Shown here: positions 10,066-18,940 of the stretch, one piece after another | How positions within the stretch are numbered: position 1 is the first letter of the stretch | Layout of the letters: each line of letters begins with the position of its first letter | Assembly: GCA_947085175.1 (NCBI GenBank) | Contig: CAMTVJ010000004.1 | Coordinates: 150,541 to 214,540 of the forward strand | DNA length: 64,000 nucleotides | DNA from: an uncultured Chitinophagaceae bacterium | GTDB lineage: Bacteria; Bacteroidota; Bacteroidia; Chitinophagales; Chitinophagaceae | Direction: 5' to 3' | Program-made: the position numbers and the translations under genes | The notes under the pieces: model-generated | The model's input: the letters and a program-made list of their open reading frames with translations, nothing else | What the model was told of the DNA's origin: nothing | Databases searched by the model: none

Positions 10066-10806
10066 TTATGATCCTTTTAATTGTTCTAATTTGGTTGCAA
10101 AGTAAGCGCTTTTAGTAGGATTGAGCAAACTTAATTTTTCATATACCTCAGCGGCTTTTTTAAATTTTCCCTGATAGGCAAAAACCTCAGCCATCGATTC
10201 GGTAATTACCTCATCTTCTGTATTGCTTTTTTCGGCCAGCGTTTGGATGGCAGTGTCTGACTGGCCAGCTTCTTCATTCTTATTTTCTACATGTACCTTC
10301 TTCATCACTTTAAGCCACTCGGTAAAGCTTTTAAGCTGCTTGCCCAGTTTGTCGGATGCAATCATTTCCTCAGTTAGTTTAATACCTTGAGATGCAAAAT
10401 AATCTACCATATGCATGGGCTCAAACAACATATTTTCGTTGATGGGAGTATTAATCAGGTCTAACTTAAGTTCAATCTTCATTGGCTCAATCTCTGTTTC
10501 CATATCCGAATCTTCGGTTTGGTCAGTATCATTGATATCTACTTCTTCCAATTCAATTGAAGGCAAAGGTTGGGAGGTTTGATGCAATTGAAAATGCAAC
10601 CAGTGCGGATTATTAAAGAAGATATTTGATTTGGCAAGTTGGTTTTTGTATTCTTCAGTACCCTCGTTGGTTTGCAGCAATAAAAAAAACTGAGCCGGAC
10701 TAAAGTAGGGGTGTTCCTTTACAAATTGCTGAAGGAACGCCTTATTTCCGGGGTCGGAAAAACTCCTGCCGAATAGGTTTTCAAAAATGGCCTGGTTATG
10801 CTGCAT
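10066..10806 (-). CDS. hypothetical protein (acidic middle region, TPR-like C-terminus)
   Basis: 246-aa ORF whose stop lies 1 nt from the secG ATG, so it is in the operon. No family recognised. Confidence 0.6.
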   Translation of the reverse strand: MQHNQAIFENLFGRSFSDPGNKAFLQQFVKEHPYFSPAQFFLLLQTNEGTEEYKNQLAKSNIFFNNPHWLHFQLHQTSQPLPSIELEEVDINDTDQTEDSDMETEIEPMKIELKLDLINTPINENMLFEPMHMVDYFASQGIKLTEEMIASDKLGKQLKSFTEWLKVMKKVHVENKNEEAGQSDTAIQTLAEKSNTEDEVITESMAEVFAYQGKFKKAAEVYEKLSLLNPTKSAYFATKLEQLKGS

Positions 10807-10826
10807 CTTACAAATCTATACTACTG

Positions 10827-11387
10827 TTACCAATTTGAAAAAATCTTATTAAAAATGGCGTCGGTGAGGTTGCGAACCATTTCTTCTCCTTTCTGACTTT
10901 CTACTTGGGAAAGGCTAAGGTTAGAGTCGAAATCGACGCTATAACTTACATCCGATTCAAAATTCTTCTTATCATCTAAACTATTTTTAAAGTAAAGATG
11001 AAACTGAACATTCAGCCTGTTTAAGCTTGCTGAAACACCTGTGATACCTGTTGTGCTGGTGTAATATGCCGAAACATATCCACTAATGTCATAATCAGCA
11101 TCTTCACTATTTGTTTGCCTAAGCCTGGTAGTGCTTATGATTTTCTGTTTAAGTTTTTCAGTAATCTGAGGGCTTAGCTGTGGGTTTTTATAATCTGCTT
11201 TATTCTCAAAATAATTAACCCTAAAAGTTTTTACTTCAACCGGAATGGGAGAGGTATCCTTAAAGCCATATTTGCAGGTTGCAAAGTTGAAAGTAAATAA
11301 AAGCAACATTCCAATAGTAAAGGTTTTAAATTTACCAATTGTTGATAGCATAAGGCTTAAAGTGCTTTTCTTATTCTTCAATATCAT
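10827..11387 (-). CDS. lptE: LptE-like LPS-assembly lipoprotein
   Basis: 186 aa with a hydrophobic leader ending '...FNFATC'. Position between the sigma-54 activator and secG is conserved in Bacteroidota. Confidence 0.65.
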   Translation of the reverse strand: MILKNKKSTLSLMLSTIGKFKTFTIGMLLLFTFNFATCKYGFKDTSPIPVEVKTFRVNYFENKADYKNPQLSPQITEKLKQKIISTTRLRQTNSEDADYDISGYVSAYYTSTTGITGVSASLNRLNVQFHLYFKNSLDDKKNFESDVSYSVDFDSNLSLSQVESQKGEEMVRNLTDAIFNKIFSNW

Positions 11388-12594
11388 ACTCTTTTAATTT
11401 ACGGTACAAAGTACGCTCACTTATGCCAAGGTCGAGTGATGCATCTTTACGTTTTCCCTTATGTTTCTTTAATGCTTTTATGATGAGCTCTTTTTCTTTA
11501 TCAACAATACTTAATGATTCCTCTACGTCTTCATGTTGAGCTATACCATCGGAATGATGGGATAAAAAAACGGGTTTGGAGGAATTGGTATTGCCAGGGG
11601 ATGAATTTAGTTCATTATAGGGTTGATTATTATAAACTGGTGTATGATTTGCCAAATCTGGATTTTGTAAAAGATCATAAAACATTTTCTTCAACTCGTT
11701 TACATCTTTCTTCATGTCGAAAAAAAGTTTGTAAAGCATATCTCTTTCATTAGCAAATTCCGACTGGCTTACATGCCCACTGCCCCCAGCTAGCACAGGC
11801 AAACGAGAATAATTATGTTCGGGTAAAAAATTTTGTAAAGTTGCTTTTGAAATGGACTTTTCCTTGCTTAAAACCGACATCTGTTCTGCAATGTTTTTAA
11901 GTTCTCTTACATTGCCCGGCCATGGATAATTTTGAAGCAATTCTTTTGCATCGTCATCCAATTGCACAGGACTGGCTTTGTACTTATCCGAAAAGTCGGT
12001 TACAAACTTGCGGAACAATAAATTGATATCTTCTTTTCTATCTCTTAAGGCTGGAACCTTTATAGGAACTGTATTTAAACGATAATATAAATCTTCTCTA
12101 AAACGATTGGTTTTGGTTGATTCCAATAAATCTTTATTGGTGGCGGCAATTACCCTAACATCGGTTTTTTGTACTTTACTGCTACCTACACGTATGTATT
12201 CGCCTGCTTCCAATACCCTTAGTAAACGGGCCTGTGTGCCCAGTGGCAATTCGCCAATCTCATCTAAAAATATAGTGCCACCGTTTACCGTTTCAAAATA
12301 TCCTTTGCGGCTGTCGAGTGCTCCAGTAAAAGACCCTTTCTCGTGGCCAAATAATTCCGAGTCAATGGTTCCTTCTGGAATAGCGCCACAGTTTACCGCT
12401 ATAAAATTATTGTGTTTTCTTGCGCTTAAGGAATGGATGATTTGAGAAAATACTTCCTTACCCACACCACTTTCTCCATTAATTAAAACACTTAAATCGG
12501 TATTTGCTACCTGAACCGCAATATTTAATGCATGATTAAGTCCCGGAGAGTTTCCGATAATACCGTAACGATTTTTTATTGATTGTAAATCCAT
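11371..12594 (-). CDS. sigma-54-dependent transcriptional activator (AAA+ and HTH only, no receiver domain)
   Basis: Walker A 'GESGVGKE', sigma-54 contact loop 'GSFTGA', C-terminal HTH 'ISERTLYRKLKEY'. Overlaps lptE by 17 nt. Confidence 0.88.
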   Translation of the reverse strand: MDLQSIKNRYGIIGNSPGLNHALNIAVQVANTDLSVLINGESGVGKEVFSQIIHSLSARKHNNFIAVNCGAIPEGTIDSELFGHEKGSFTGALDSRKGYFETVNGGTIFLDEIGELPLGTQARLLRVLEAGEYIRVGSSKVQKTDVRVIAATNKDLLESTKTNRFREDLYYRLNTVPIKVPALRDRKEDINLLFRKFVTDFSDKYKASPVQLDDDAKELLQNYPWPGNVRELKNIAEQMSVLSKEKSISKATLQNFLPEHNYSRLPVLAGGSGHVSQSEFANERDMLYKLFFDMKKDVNELKKMFYDLLQNPDLANHTPVYNNQPYNELNSSPGNTNSSKPVFLSHHSDGIAQHEDVEESLSIVDKEKELIIKALKKHKGKRKDASLDLGISERTLYRKLKEYDIEE

Positions 12595-12640
12595 AATTTA
12601 TTTTACAAAGTTCACAAAAGCAAGGACTGAAGCATTAATT

Positions 12641-14137
12641 TTAATTGACTGAAATCACACTGCCAATTAATGTGCCAGCCGTACAATTGTCAATTTTGAC
12701 AGTAACATAATCTCCTTTCTTCAAATTTCCTTTTGGAAAAACCACCACTTTATTTTGATCTGTTCTTCCATACAAATCATTTTCACTTTTTTTAGAAGAG
12801 CCTTCAATGAGTACTTTTCTAATTTTACCCAGTTCTTTTTGCATGGCATGCAAAGAATGGCCACGATAGAGATCTACCATTTCCTGTAACCTTCTTTTTT
12901 TTACTTCTAAAGGCACATCGTCTTCAAACCTTCTGGCAGCTAAAGTGCCGGGTCTTTCCGAATAAAAATACATATAGGCCAAGTCATATTTACAATACTC
13001 CATCAAGCTTAATGATTCCTGGTGTTCTTCTTCAGTTTCAGTACAAAATCCAGTAATCATGTCGGTTGATAATCCGCAGTCTGGAATGAGTTCTCTAATC
13101 CTATCTACCTTGGCAATATACCATTCCCTGCTATAAGTACGGTTCATCATTTGTAAAACACGACTGCTACCGCTTTGTACTGGAAGATGTATGTAGTTAC
13201 AAATATTATCGTACTTAACAATGGTATGCAACACATCGTCAGTAATATCTTTTGGATGAGAAGTGGAAAAACGTACTCTTAAGAGAGGAGAGATTTGAGC
13301 AACCATTTCTAATAGCATTGCAAAAGTTATGGCCCCCCGGGGAATTATGGAAGTCTGTAAATTCAACTTGCTTTTATCTTCGCTAATATCTTCTCCGTTT
13401 CCTCCCCCTTTGGGGGAGATAGAGGGGGCTTGATAATAACTATCAACATTCTGGCCTAATAAAGTCACTTCCCTATATCCTTCTTCAAACAAGGTTTTAC
13501 ATTCGTTGATGATGGATTCGGCATCACGACTTCTTTCTCTACCTCTAGTAAAGGGTACTACACAAAACGAACACATATTGTTGCATCCACGCATGATACT
13601 TACAAAAGCAGTTACGCCATTGCTGTTTAAACGGATGGGCGCTATGTCGGCATAGGTTTCATCCCGGCTCAATAAAACATTCACTGCTTTTTGACCTGTT
13701 TCTGCTTCTTCAATCAAACCTGGTAAAGTGCGATAGGCATCCGGGCCTACTACCAGGTCAACTAATTTTTCTTCTTCTAAGAATTTTTCCTTTAATCGCT
13801 CTGCCATACATCCTAAAACGCCCACTAGCATACCGGGGTTTTCTCTTTTCAAAATTTTGAATTCGGTAAGGCGTTTTCTTACTGTTAATTCTGCTTTTTC
13901 ACGAATGGAGCAGGTATTTATAAAAATGAGATCAGCTTCTTTAAAGTTGTTGGTAGCTCCAAAACCATTATCTAATAGGATAGATGCTACCACTTCACTA
14001 TCGGCAAAATTCATGGCACAACCATAGCTTTCAATATAAAAATGCTTTTTATACTTATTAGTATCACTGACAAAAGGGGCAAATGCTTCACCCTGTCTTG
14101 CTTCATTGTGTTCTTTATTTAAAGCTACATCCAACAT
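12641..14137 (-). CDS. miaB: tRNA-2-methylthio-N6-dimethylallyladenosine synthase MiaB
   Basis: N-terminal '[13 protein letters not shown]', radical-SAM '[11 protein letters not shown]', C-terminal TRAM domain. Carries the in-frame insert described in findings. Confidence 0.92.
   Translation of the reverse strand: MLDVALNKEHNEARQGEAFAPFVSDTNKYKKHFYIESYGCAMNFADSEVVASILLDNGFGATNNFKEADLIFINTCSIREKAELTVRKRLTEFKILKRENPGMLVGVLGCMAERLKEKFLEEEKLVDLVVGPDAYRTLPGLIEEAETGQKAVNVLLSRDETYADIAPIRLNSNGVTAFVSIMRGCNNMCSFCVVPFTRGRERSRDAESIINECKTLFEEGYREVTLLGQNVDSYYQAPSISPKGGGNGEDISEDKSKLNLQTSIIPRGAITFAMLLEMVAQISPLLRVRFSTSHPKDITDDVLHTIVKYDNICNYIHLPVQSGSSRVLQMMNRTYSREWYIAKVDRIRELIPDCGLSTDMITGFCTETEEEHQESLSLMEYCKYDLAYMYFYSERPGTLAARRFEDDVPLEVKKRRLQEMVDLYRGHSLHAMQKELGKIRKVLIEGSSKKSENDLYGRTDQNKVVVFPKGNLKKGDYVTVKIDNCTAGTLIGSVISVN
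13376..13431. repeat. short G-run repeat, copy A (inside the miaB coding sequence)
   Basis: 'atcttcgctaatatcttctcc-gtttcctccccctt-tgggggagatagagggggctt'. Its two 21-nt arms match copy B at 20/21 and 19/21. It contains the perfect hairpin ctccccc-ttt-gggggag. Confidence 0.7.
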
Positions 14138-14159
14138 TAATCTTCCTTTTTTAGAGCTG

Positions 14160-14167
14160 CAAAGATA
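14160..14167 (-). promoter_or_regulatory. putative Bacteroidota -7 box TATCTTTG upstream of miaB
   Basis: Reverse complement of 'caaagata', 23 nt upstream of the miaB ATG. Matches the TAnnTTTG consensus. Confidence 0.4.
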
Positions 14168-14222
14168 TAGAAAAGCAATGGTTTGGTGACAGGATGGCAG
14201 AAAGACTTTGATAAACCTTTAT

Positions 14223-14250
14223 AAAAAAGCCGGAACAAGTTGTTCCGGCT
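14223..14250 (-). terminator. rho-independent terminator after the M13 peptidase gene
   Basis: 'agccggaaca-agt-tgttccggct'. The minus-strand reading is followed by 'ttttttat'. Confidence 0.8.
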
Positions 14251-14269
14251 TAAGATACTTAAAGAGAAT

Positions 14270-16300
14270 TTACCAAATTCTAGTTCTGGTTTCAGGGGCT
14301 TTATACATTTTATCTCCTTCTTTTACATTAAAGGCTTTGTAAAAAGCATCTATATTAGTCAAAGGGCCATTGGAGCGATATATTCCTGGAGAGTGGTTAT
14401 CTGTTAAAATACGTTGAGCAATGGTTTCTGGTAATGAGTTATTACGCCAAACTTGGCTCCAATTTAAAAAGAAGCGTTGATCGGGTGTAAATCCATCAAT
14501 TTTCTTGTTGCTTTTCCCTTGCTTGGTATTTTTAAATGCTTCATAAGCAATGCTTAGTCCTCCAAGGTCGGCTAGATTTTCGCCTAAAGTAAGTTTGCCA
14601 TTAACATGTAAAGTATCCAAAACAGTATAATCATTGTATTGATTAACTACTTCAGTGGCACGTTTTTTAAATTCATCTGCATCAGATTTACTCCACCAAT
14701 TTACCAAGTTGCCATCGGCATCAAACTGACTTCCCTGGTCATCAAAACCATGGGTCATTTCGTGGCCAATAACGGCGCCAATACCTCCATAGTTAATGGC
14801 ATCATCTGCTTCAAAATCGAAAAAAGGAAAACGTAGGATAGCAGCAGGGAAAACAATTTCATTTTTTTGAGGGCTGTAATAAGCATTCACAGTGGGTGGT
14901 GTCATTCCCCATTCTGTTTTGTCAATTGGCTTACCCAACTTACTAATATTCTCTTGATACTGCCATTGGTTGCAGCGCAACACATTTCCAAGGAAGTCAT
15001 TTTTATCAATAACCAGTCCATCATAATTTTTCCATTTATCGGGGAATCCAATCTTTTTTGTAAAAGCATGAAGTTTGGATAGAGCCCTTAATTTGGTTTC
15101 GTCACTCATCCAATCTAATTGCTTAATGCGGCTATCAAATGTGGTTTGCAAATTATTTACTAATTCTAACATTCGGGCTTTAGCGGCCTGGTTAAAATAT
15201 TTGTCTACATAAAGTTGTCCTAATAAATCACCTAATTGGCGATCAATTAAACCACTCATTCTTTGCCAACGAGGTGTTTGTTCTTTTTGTCCGCTTAAGG
15301 CCTGATTGTAAGCAAAATTGGCGTTAACAAAATGGCTGCTGAGGTAAGCAGAGGCATCTCTCATAACACCCCACTTTAAATAGGTTTTCCAATCGTCAAC
15401 AGGTACAGCAGCAAATAAGGAATCGATAAAAACCATAAACTTTGGATTGCTTACCACCAAACTATCCTGCTTGGTTTTATATCCAAGTTTTGATAAAATA
15501 CCATTCCACTCCATATTTGGCGTTTTTGCAGAAAGGCCATTCACAGAAAATTTATTGTAAAGTTTAACAGGGTCACGCATTTCTACACGGCTCATTTGAG
15601 CTTGAGCAATGGCAGTTTCCATCATTAAAATAGTAGCTGTGCTGGCCATTGCTTTTGCTTGATCGGCACCACAAAGCATAAACAAACTGGTGATGTATAA
15701 ACTGTATTCAGTTCTAATTTTTTGACTACGAGCATCGTTTTTTAAATAATAATCTCTGTCGGGTAATGTAGTACCTCCTTGTCCAATGTTGATGATGTAT
15801 TTGGTTACGTCTTTGGCATCTTGTCCTACCCCAATTCTAAATAAAGGTGAGCTAATAGAGTTTGACCTTAAGAAACTCATATGGCTAAGCACCTGTTCTT
15901 TAGAGAAAAGCATTTCAATATCATCAAGCTGTTTTTTGATAGGTTGGTAACCAAGTTTTTCAATGGCAATACTATCCATTCCACTACTGAAAAAATCACC
16001 CACTCTTTTCATTAATTCATTTTTGCCAGGGTTGCTAGCAGCATCTTCCAACAAACCTTTTAAAGCTTTTGAACTTTCTTCGGCTAGCATATCAAAGCTT
16101 CCCCATCGGGTTTTAGAACCTGGAATGGTTGTGTTTTTAAGCCAGGTACCATTGGCATACTGATAAAAGTTGTCTCCTGGCTTTACGGATAGATCCATAT
16201 TGGCGGGGTCGATAAATTTACGGTTAGTTTGTGCTTGTATTGGTTGTAGGCTTACTACAAGAAAAAAGCATAAAAAAATGACTGAAGCAATCTTATTCAT
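14270..16300 (-). CDS. M13 family zinc metallopeptidase (PepO/neprilysin-like), secreted
   Basis: 676 aa with a signal peptide, 'HEMTHGFD' (HExxH) and 'GENLADLGG' (third zinc-ligand motif). Confidence 0.9.
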   Translation of the reverse strand: MNKIASVIFLCFFLVVSLQPIQAQTNRKFIDPANMDLSVKPGDNFYQYANGTWLKNTTIPGSKTRWGSFDMLAEESSKALKGLLEDAASNPGKNELMKRVGDFFSSGMDSIAIEKLGYQPIKKQLDDIEMLFSKEQVLSHMSFLRSNSISSPLFRIGVGQDAKDVTKYIINIGQGGTTLPDRDYYLKNDARSQKIRTEYSLYITSLFMLCGADQAKAMASTATILMMETAIAQAQMSRVEMRDPVKLYNKFSVNGLSAKTPNMEWNGILSKLGYKTKQDSLVVSNPKFMVFIDSLFAAVPVDDWKTYLKWGVMRDASAYLSSHFVNANFAYNQALSGQKEQTPRWQRMSGLIDRQLGDLLGQLYVDKYFNQAAKARMLELVNNLQTTFDSRIKQLDWMSDETKLRALSKLHAFTKKIGFPDKWKNYDGLVIDKNDFLGNVLRCNQWQYQENISKLGKPIDKTEWGMTPPTVNAYYSPQKNEIVFPAAILRFPFFDFEADDAINYGGIGAVIGHEMTHGFDDQGSQFDADGNLVNWWSKSDADEFKKRATEVVNQYNDYTVLDTLHVNGKLTLGENLADLGGLSIAYEAFKNTKQGKSNKKIDGFTPDQRFFLNWSQVWRNNSLPETIAQRILTDNHSPGIYRSNGPLTNIDAFYKAFNVKEGDKMYKAPETRTRIW

Positions 16301-16431
16301 ATTAATTGTTTAGTAGATAAAAATATATAAGTTGAGTGAAACTCAATTAATATATTTTTTCAACGGTAATAAATATTGATGAATCAAATGTTAAGAAATA
16401 GTAAGATGAGGTTTTAATTTTTCTCAGAGAA

Positions 16432-16929
16432 TTAAATTCGTTTTGCCAGCCAGCTTTCTTTGATGGGAATAATCCAGTTTGAAAGAATTTCTTTTTTGGT
16501 AAGCACTGTATTGTTGAAGTAAAGGGTATCAGCGCTAATAAAATTATTTTCAACAGCATATGCCATTTGGCTAAGAGGCAATAACTGAATTTTATCTTTA
16601 ACCACAAATGCCAAACTATGGCGGTCGAACATTTGAACTTTGTATTTTTCTTCTATTGCTTTTATTAAACGAACAGAGCTGTCGGTACTACAGCCGCTTA
16701 CGCCTTCTGCTGTTTCATCAGCCATTAAAACTATAAACTGGTCAAACAATAAATTGGCAAATCCTTTAACAGTTGCTCCATGGGTTTTCCATTGGTTTAC
16801 AAATTCGTTCAACATTTCTTCTATCTCCAATGCTTCATGCTTTGGAAACAAACGGCTGCTTTGGTAAATCCATACACGGGATTTATCGTCAAAATTGGAG
16901 GGAATATGTTCTTTGAAATCTAAGTTCAT
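16432..16929 (-). CDS. conserved hypothetical protein
   Basis: 165-aa ORF immediately downstream of the CCG-domain Fe-S gene. From memory this family is widespread in Bacteroidota, but I cannot assign a function. Confidence 0.6.
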   Translation of the reverse strand: MNLDFKEHIPSNFDDKSRVWIYQSSRLFPKHEALEIEEMLNEFVNQWKTHGATVKGFANLLFDQFIVLMADETAEGVSGCSTDSSVRLIKAIEEKYKVQMFDRHSLAFVVKDKIQLLPLSQMAYAVENNFISADTLYFNNTVLTKKEILSNWIIPIKESWLAKRI

Positions 16930-16982
16930 AATTTAAATCATTTGAAGGAAGCGTATTGACGAAAGTAGGATGAAATTAAATT

Positions 16983-17765
16983 CTACTTTACCATTTCGGA
17001 AGCCACCAACTCAGCAATATCCAATACCTGTACTTCTTCTTCTTTATTATTATTTTTTACACCATCCATCATCATGGTATTACAAAACGGACAAGCCGAT
17101 GCAATAACTGATGCCCCAGTTTGAAGCGCTTCTGCGGTACGTTCGTTATTGATGCGTAATTCTCCATTCTCTTCTTCCTTAAACATTTGAGCGCCACCAG
17201 CACCACAGCAAAGTCCATTACTCTTGCAACGTTTCATCTCCACTAAAGAAACGTCTAAAGCTTCCAGCACTTTTCGGGGAGCTTCATAAATTCCATTGGC
17301 ACGTCCTAGGTAACAACTATCGTGGTAAGTAATTTTTTTACCTTTGAAAGCACCGCCTTCTGTCATTTTAATTTTGCCTTCATCAATCAATTGTTGTAAA
17401 AAAGTTGCATGATGAATGACTTCAAAAGTGCCTCCCAATTCTGGGTATTCATTTTTTAAAGTATTAAAACAATGCGGACAAGCGGTTACTATTTTTTTAA
17501 TACCATACCCATTTAATATTTGGATGTTTTGGTAAGCCATCATTTGAAACATAAATTCATTTCCTGCTCTGCGGGCCGGGTCACCGGTACATAATTCCTC
17601 TTTTCCTAAAATGGCATACTTAGTTCCTACTTTATCTAAAATGGTAATAAATGCTTTCGTAATTTTTTGAGCTCTTTGATCAAAGCTGCCTGCACAACCC
17701 ACCCAAAAAAGAATTTCTGGATTTTCGCCATTAGCTGCCATCTCTGCCATTGTAGGAACATGCAT
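16983..17765 (-). CDS. (Fe-S)-binding protein with cysteine-rich CCG domains (HdrD/GlcF-like)
   Basis: 260 aa with two CCG-type motifs: 'WVGCAGSF...CTGDP' and 'HDSCYLGR...LCCGAGG'. Confidence 0.8.
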   Translation of the reverse strand: MHVPTMAEMAANGENPEILFWVGCAGSFDQRAQKITKAFITILDKVGTKYAILGKEELCTGDPARRAGNEFMFQMMAYQNIQILNGYGIKKIVTACPHCFNTLKNEYPELGGTFEVIHHATFLQQLIDEGKIKMTEGGAFKGKKITYHDSCYLGRANGIYEAPRKVLEALDVSLVEMKRCKSNGLCCGAGGAQMFKEEENGELRINNERTAEALQTGASVIASACPFCNTMMMDGVKNNNKEEEVQVLDIAELVASEMVK

Positions 17766-17890
17766 ATTATAATATTTAAACTTTTAAGTAAGTAATTTAA
17801 TTAAAAGAAATTACTTCATCACAAAAGTAATTCATTCACTTTTAATGAAACTCAACAAAGCTGCTTTTTAAATATCTTCGCTGAAGTAGG

Positions 17891-18940
17891 ATGCTAAAAA
17901 ATATATTACATAAGATTACGAATTGGGAGGCCTGGCCTTTTAAGTTATTGTATGCCCCAATTACTCCCATGTGGTTTTGGTATATGATTAAATCAAGATC
18001 GGTTTGGTTTTTTACACCAAGTAATCCAAAAATTACATTTGGCGGTATGGATGGTGAACCCAAAAAGGAAATGTACGATCTGCTTCCTAAGCATTTGTAT
18101 CCGACAACGTTTAGTATTTTACCGCCACAGAATTTTGATTTTGTAAAAACAGATTTACAAAAAAGCGGCATTCAATACCCTTTTATTGTTAAACCCGAAG
18201 TGGCTTGTCAGGGAATTTTGTTCAGAAAAATTGATAGTGAAGCAGAATTACAAAATTATCATTCAAAAATTCCGGTTGAATATATGGTACAGGAAATGGT
18301 GAATTACCCCATGGAAGTGAGTGTATTTTATATTCGTCATCCAAAAGATTCGAAAGGGATAGTTACTGGTTTTTTACATAAAATACCTTTGCAGGTAGTT
18401 GGGAATGGAAAAAATACTTTGGAAGAATTGGTTAAGCAACATCCAAAAGGGGAAAAAAGAATGGATGAAATGTACTCTAAACATAAGAACCGTTGGACAG
18501 AAATCATTCCGGAAGGCCAAAAATACATGTTAAGTTATGCAGCCAACCACAACAGAGGTGCTCAGTTTGTTGACTTAAAAGAACATATCGACGACAAATT
18601 GGTATCAATGTTTGATGAAATAAGTGTTGATATCAATGATTTTTTTTATGGACGTTATGATATTATGTGTGCCAATGTTGAGGATTTAAAAAACAAAAAG
18701 AACTTTTCAATTTTGGAGTTTAATGGTTGCGGTGCCGAGCCAAATCATTTTTACGACACGGGTTATACCTTACTTGGTGCCTATAGGGAAATTTTAATGC
18801 ATTGGAAAGCATTATATCAAATTTGTAAATACAATAGTCAACAGGGTATTAAGCCATGGCCTTTTCAAAAGGGAAAGAAATTTTTAGCTCAGATAAAAGC
18901 ACATTTTAAACTGATTCGGGAGGTGGATGAAAAGATTTAG
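17891..18940 (+). CDS. uncharacterised ATP-grasp-like protein
   Basis: 349 aa. 'FIVKPEVACQGILFRKI' resembles the ATP-grasp Lys strand and 'ILEFNGCGAEPNH' resembles the E-x-N Mg/ATP site. N-terminus is hydrophobic. Its stop overlaps the stop of the convergent oxidoreductase gene (TTAG, 18937-18940). Confidence 0.55.
   Translation: MLKNILHKITNWEAWPFKLLYAPITPMWFWYMIKSRSVWFFTPSNPKITFGGMDGEPKKEMYDLLPKHLYPTTFSILPPQNFDFVKTDLQKSGIQYPFIVKPEVACQGILFRKIDSEAELQNYHSKIPVEYMVQEMVNYPMEVSVFYIRHPKDSKGIVTGFLHKIPLQVVGNGKNTLEELVKQHPKGEKRMDEMYSKHKNRWTEIIPEGQKYMLSYAANHNRGAQFVDLKEHIDDKLVSMFDEISVDINDFFYGRYDIMCANVEDLKNKKNFSILEFNGCGAEPNHFYDTGYTLLGAYREILMHWKALYQICKYNSQQGIKPWPFQKGKKFLAQIKAHFKLIREVDEKI

Noticed and set aside
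16347-16607. An 86-aa ORF overlapping the 3' end of the 16432-16929 gene, and a 109-aa ORF at 17842-18171 overlapping the ATP-grasp start.
   Set aside because: Each overlaps a better-supported gene in another frame or on the other strand, has no recognisable family, and has implausible composition.
17873-17881. A possible third copy of the G-run repeat ('atcttcgct').
   Set aside because: Only 9 nt match and the G-run arm is absent, which is consistent with chance.
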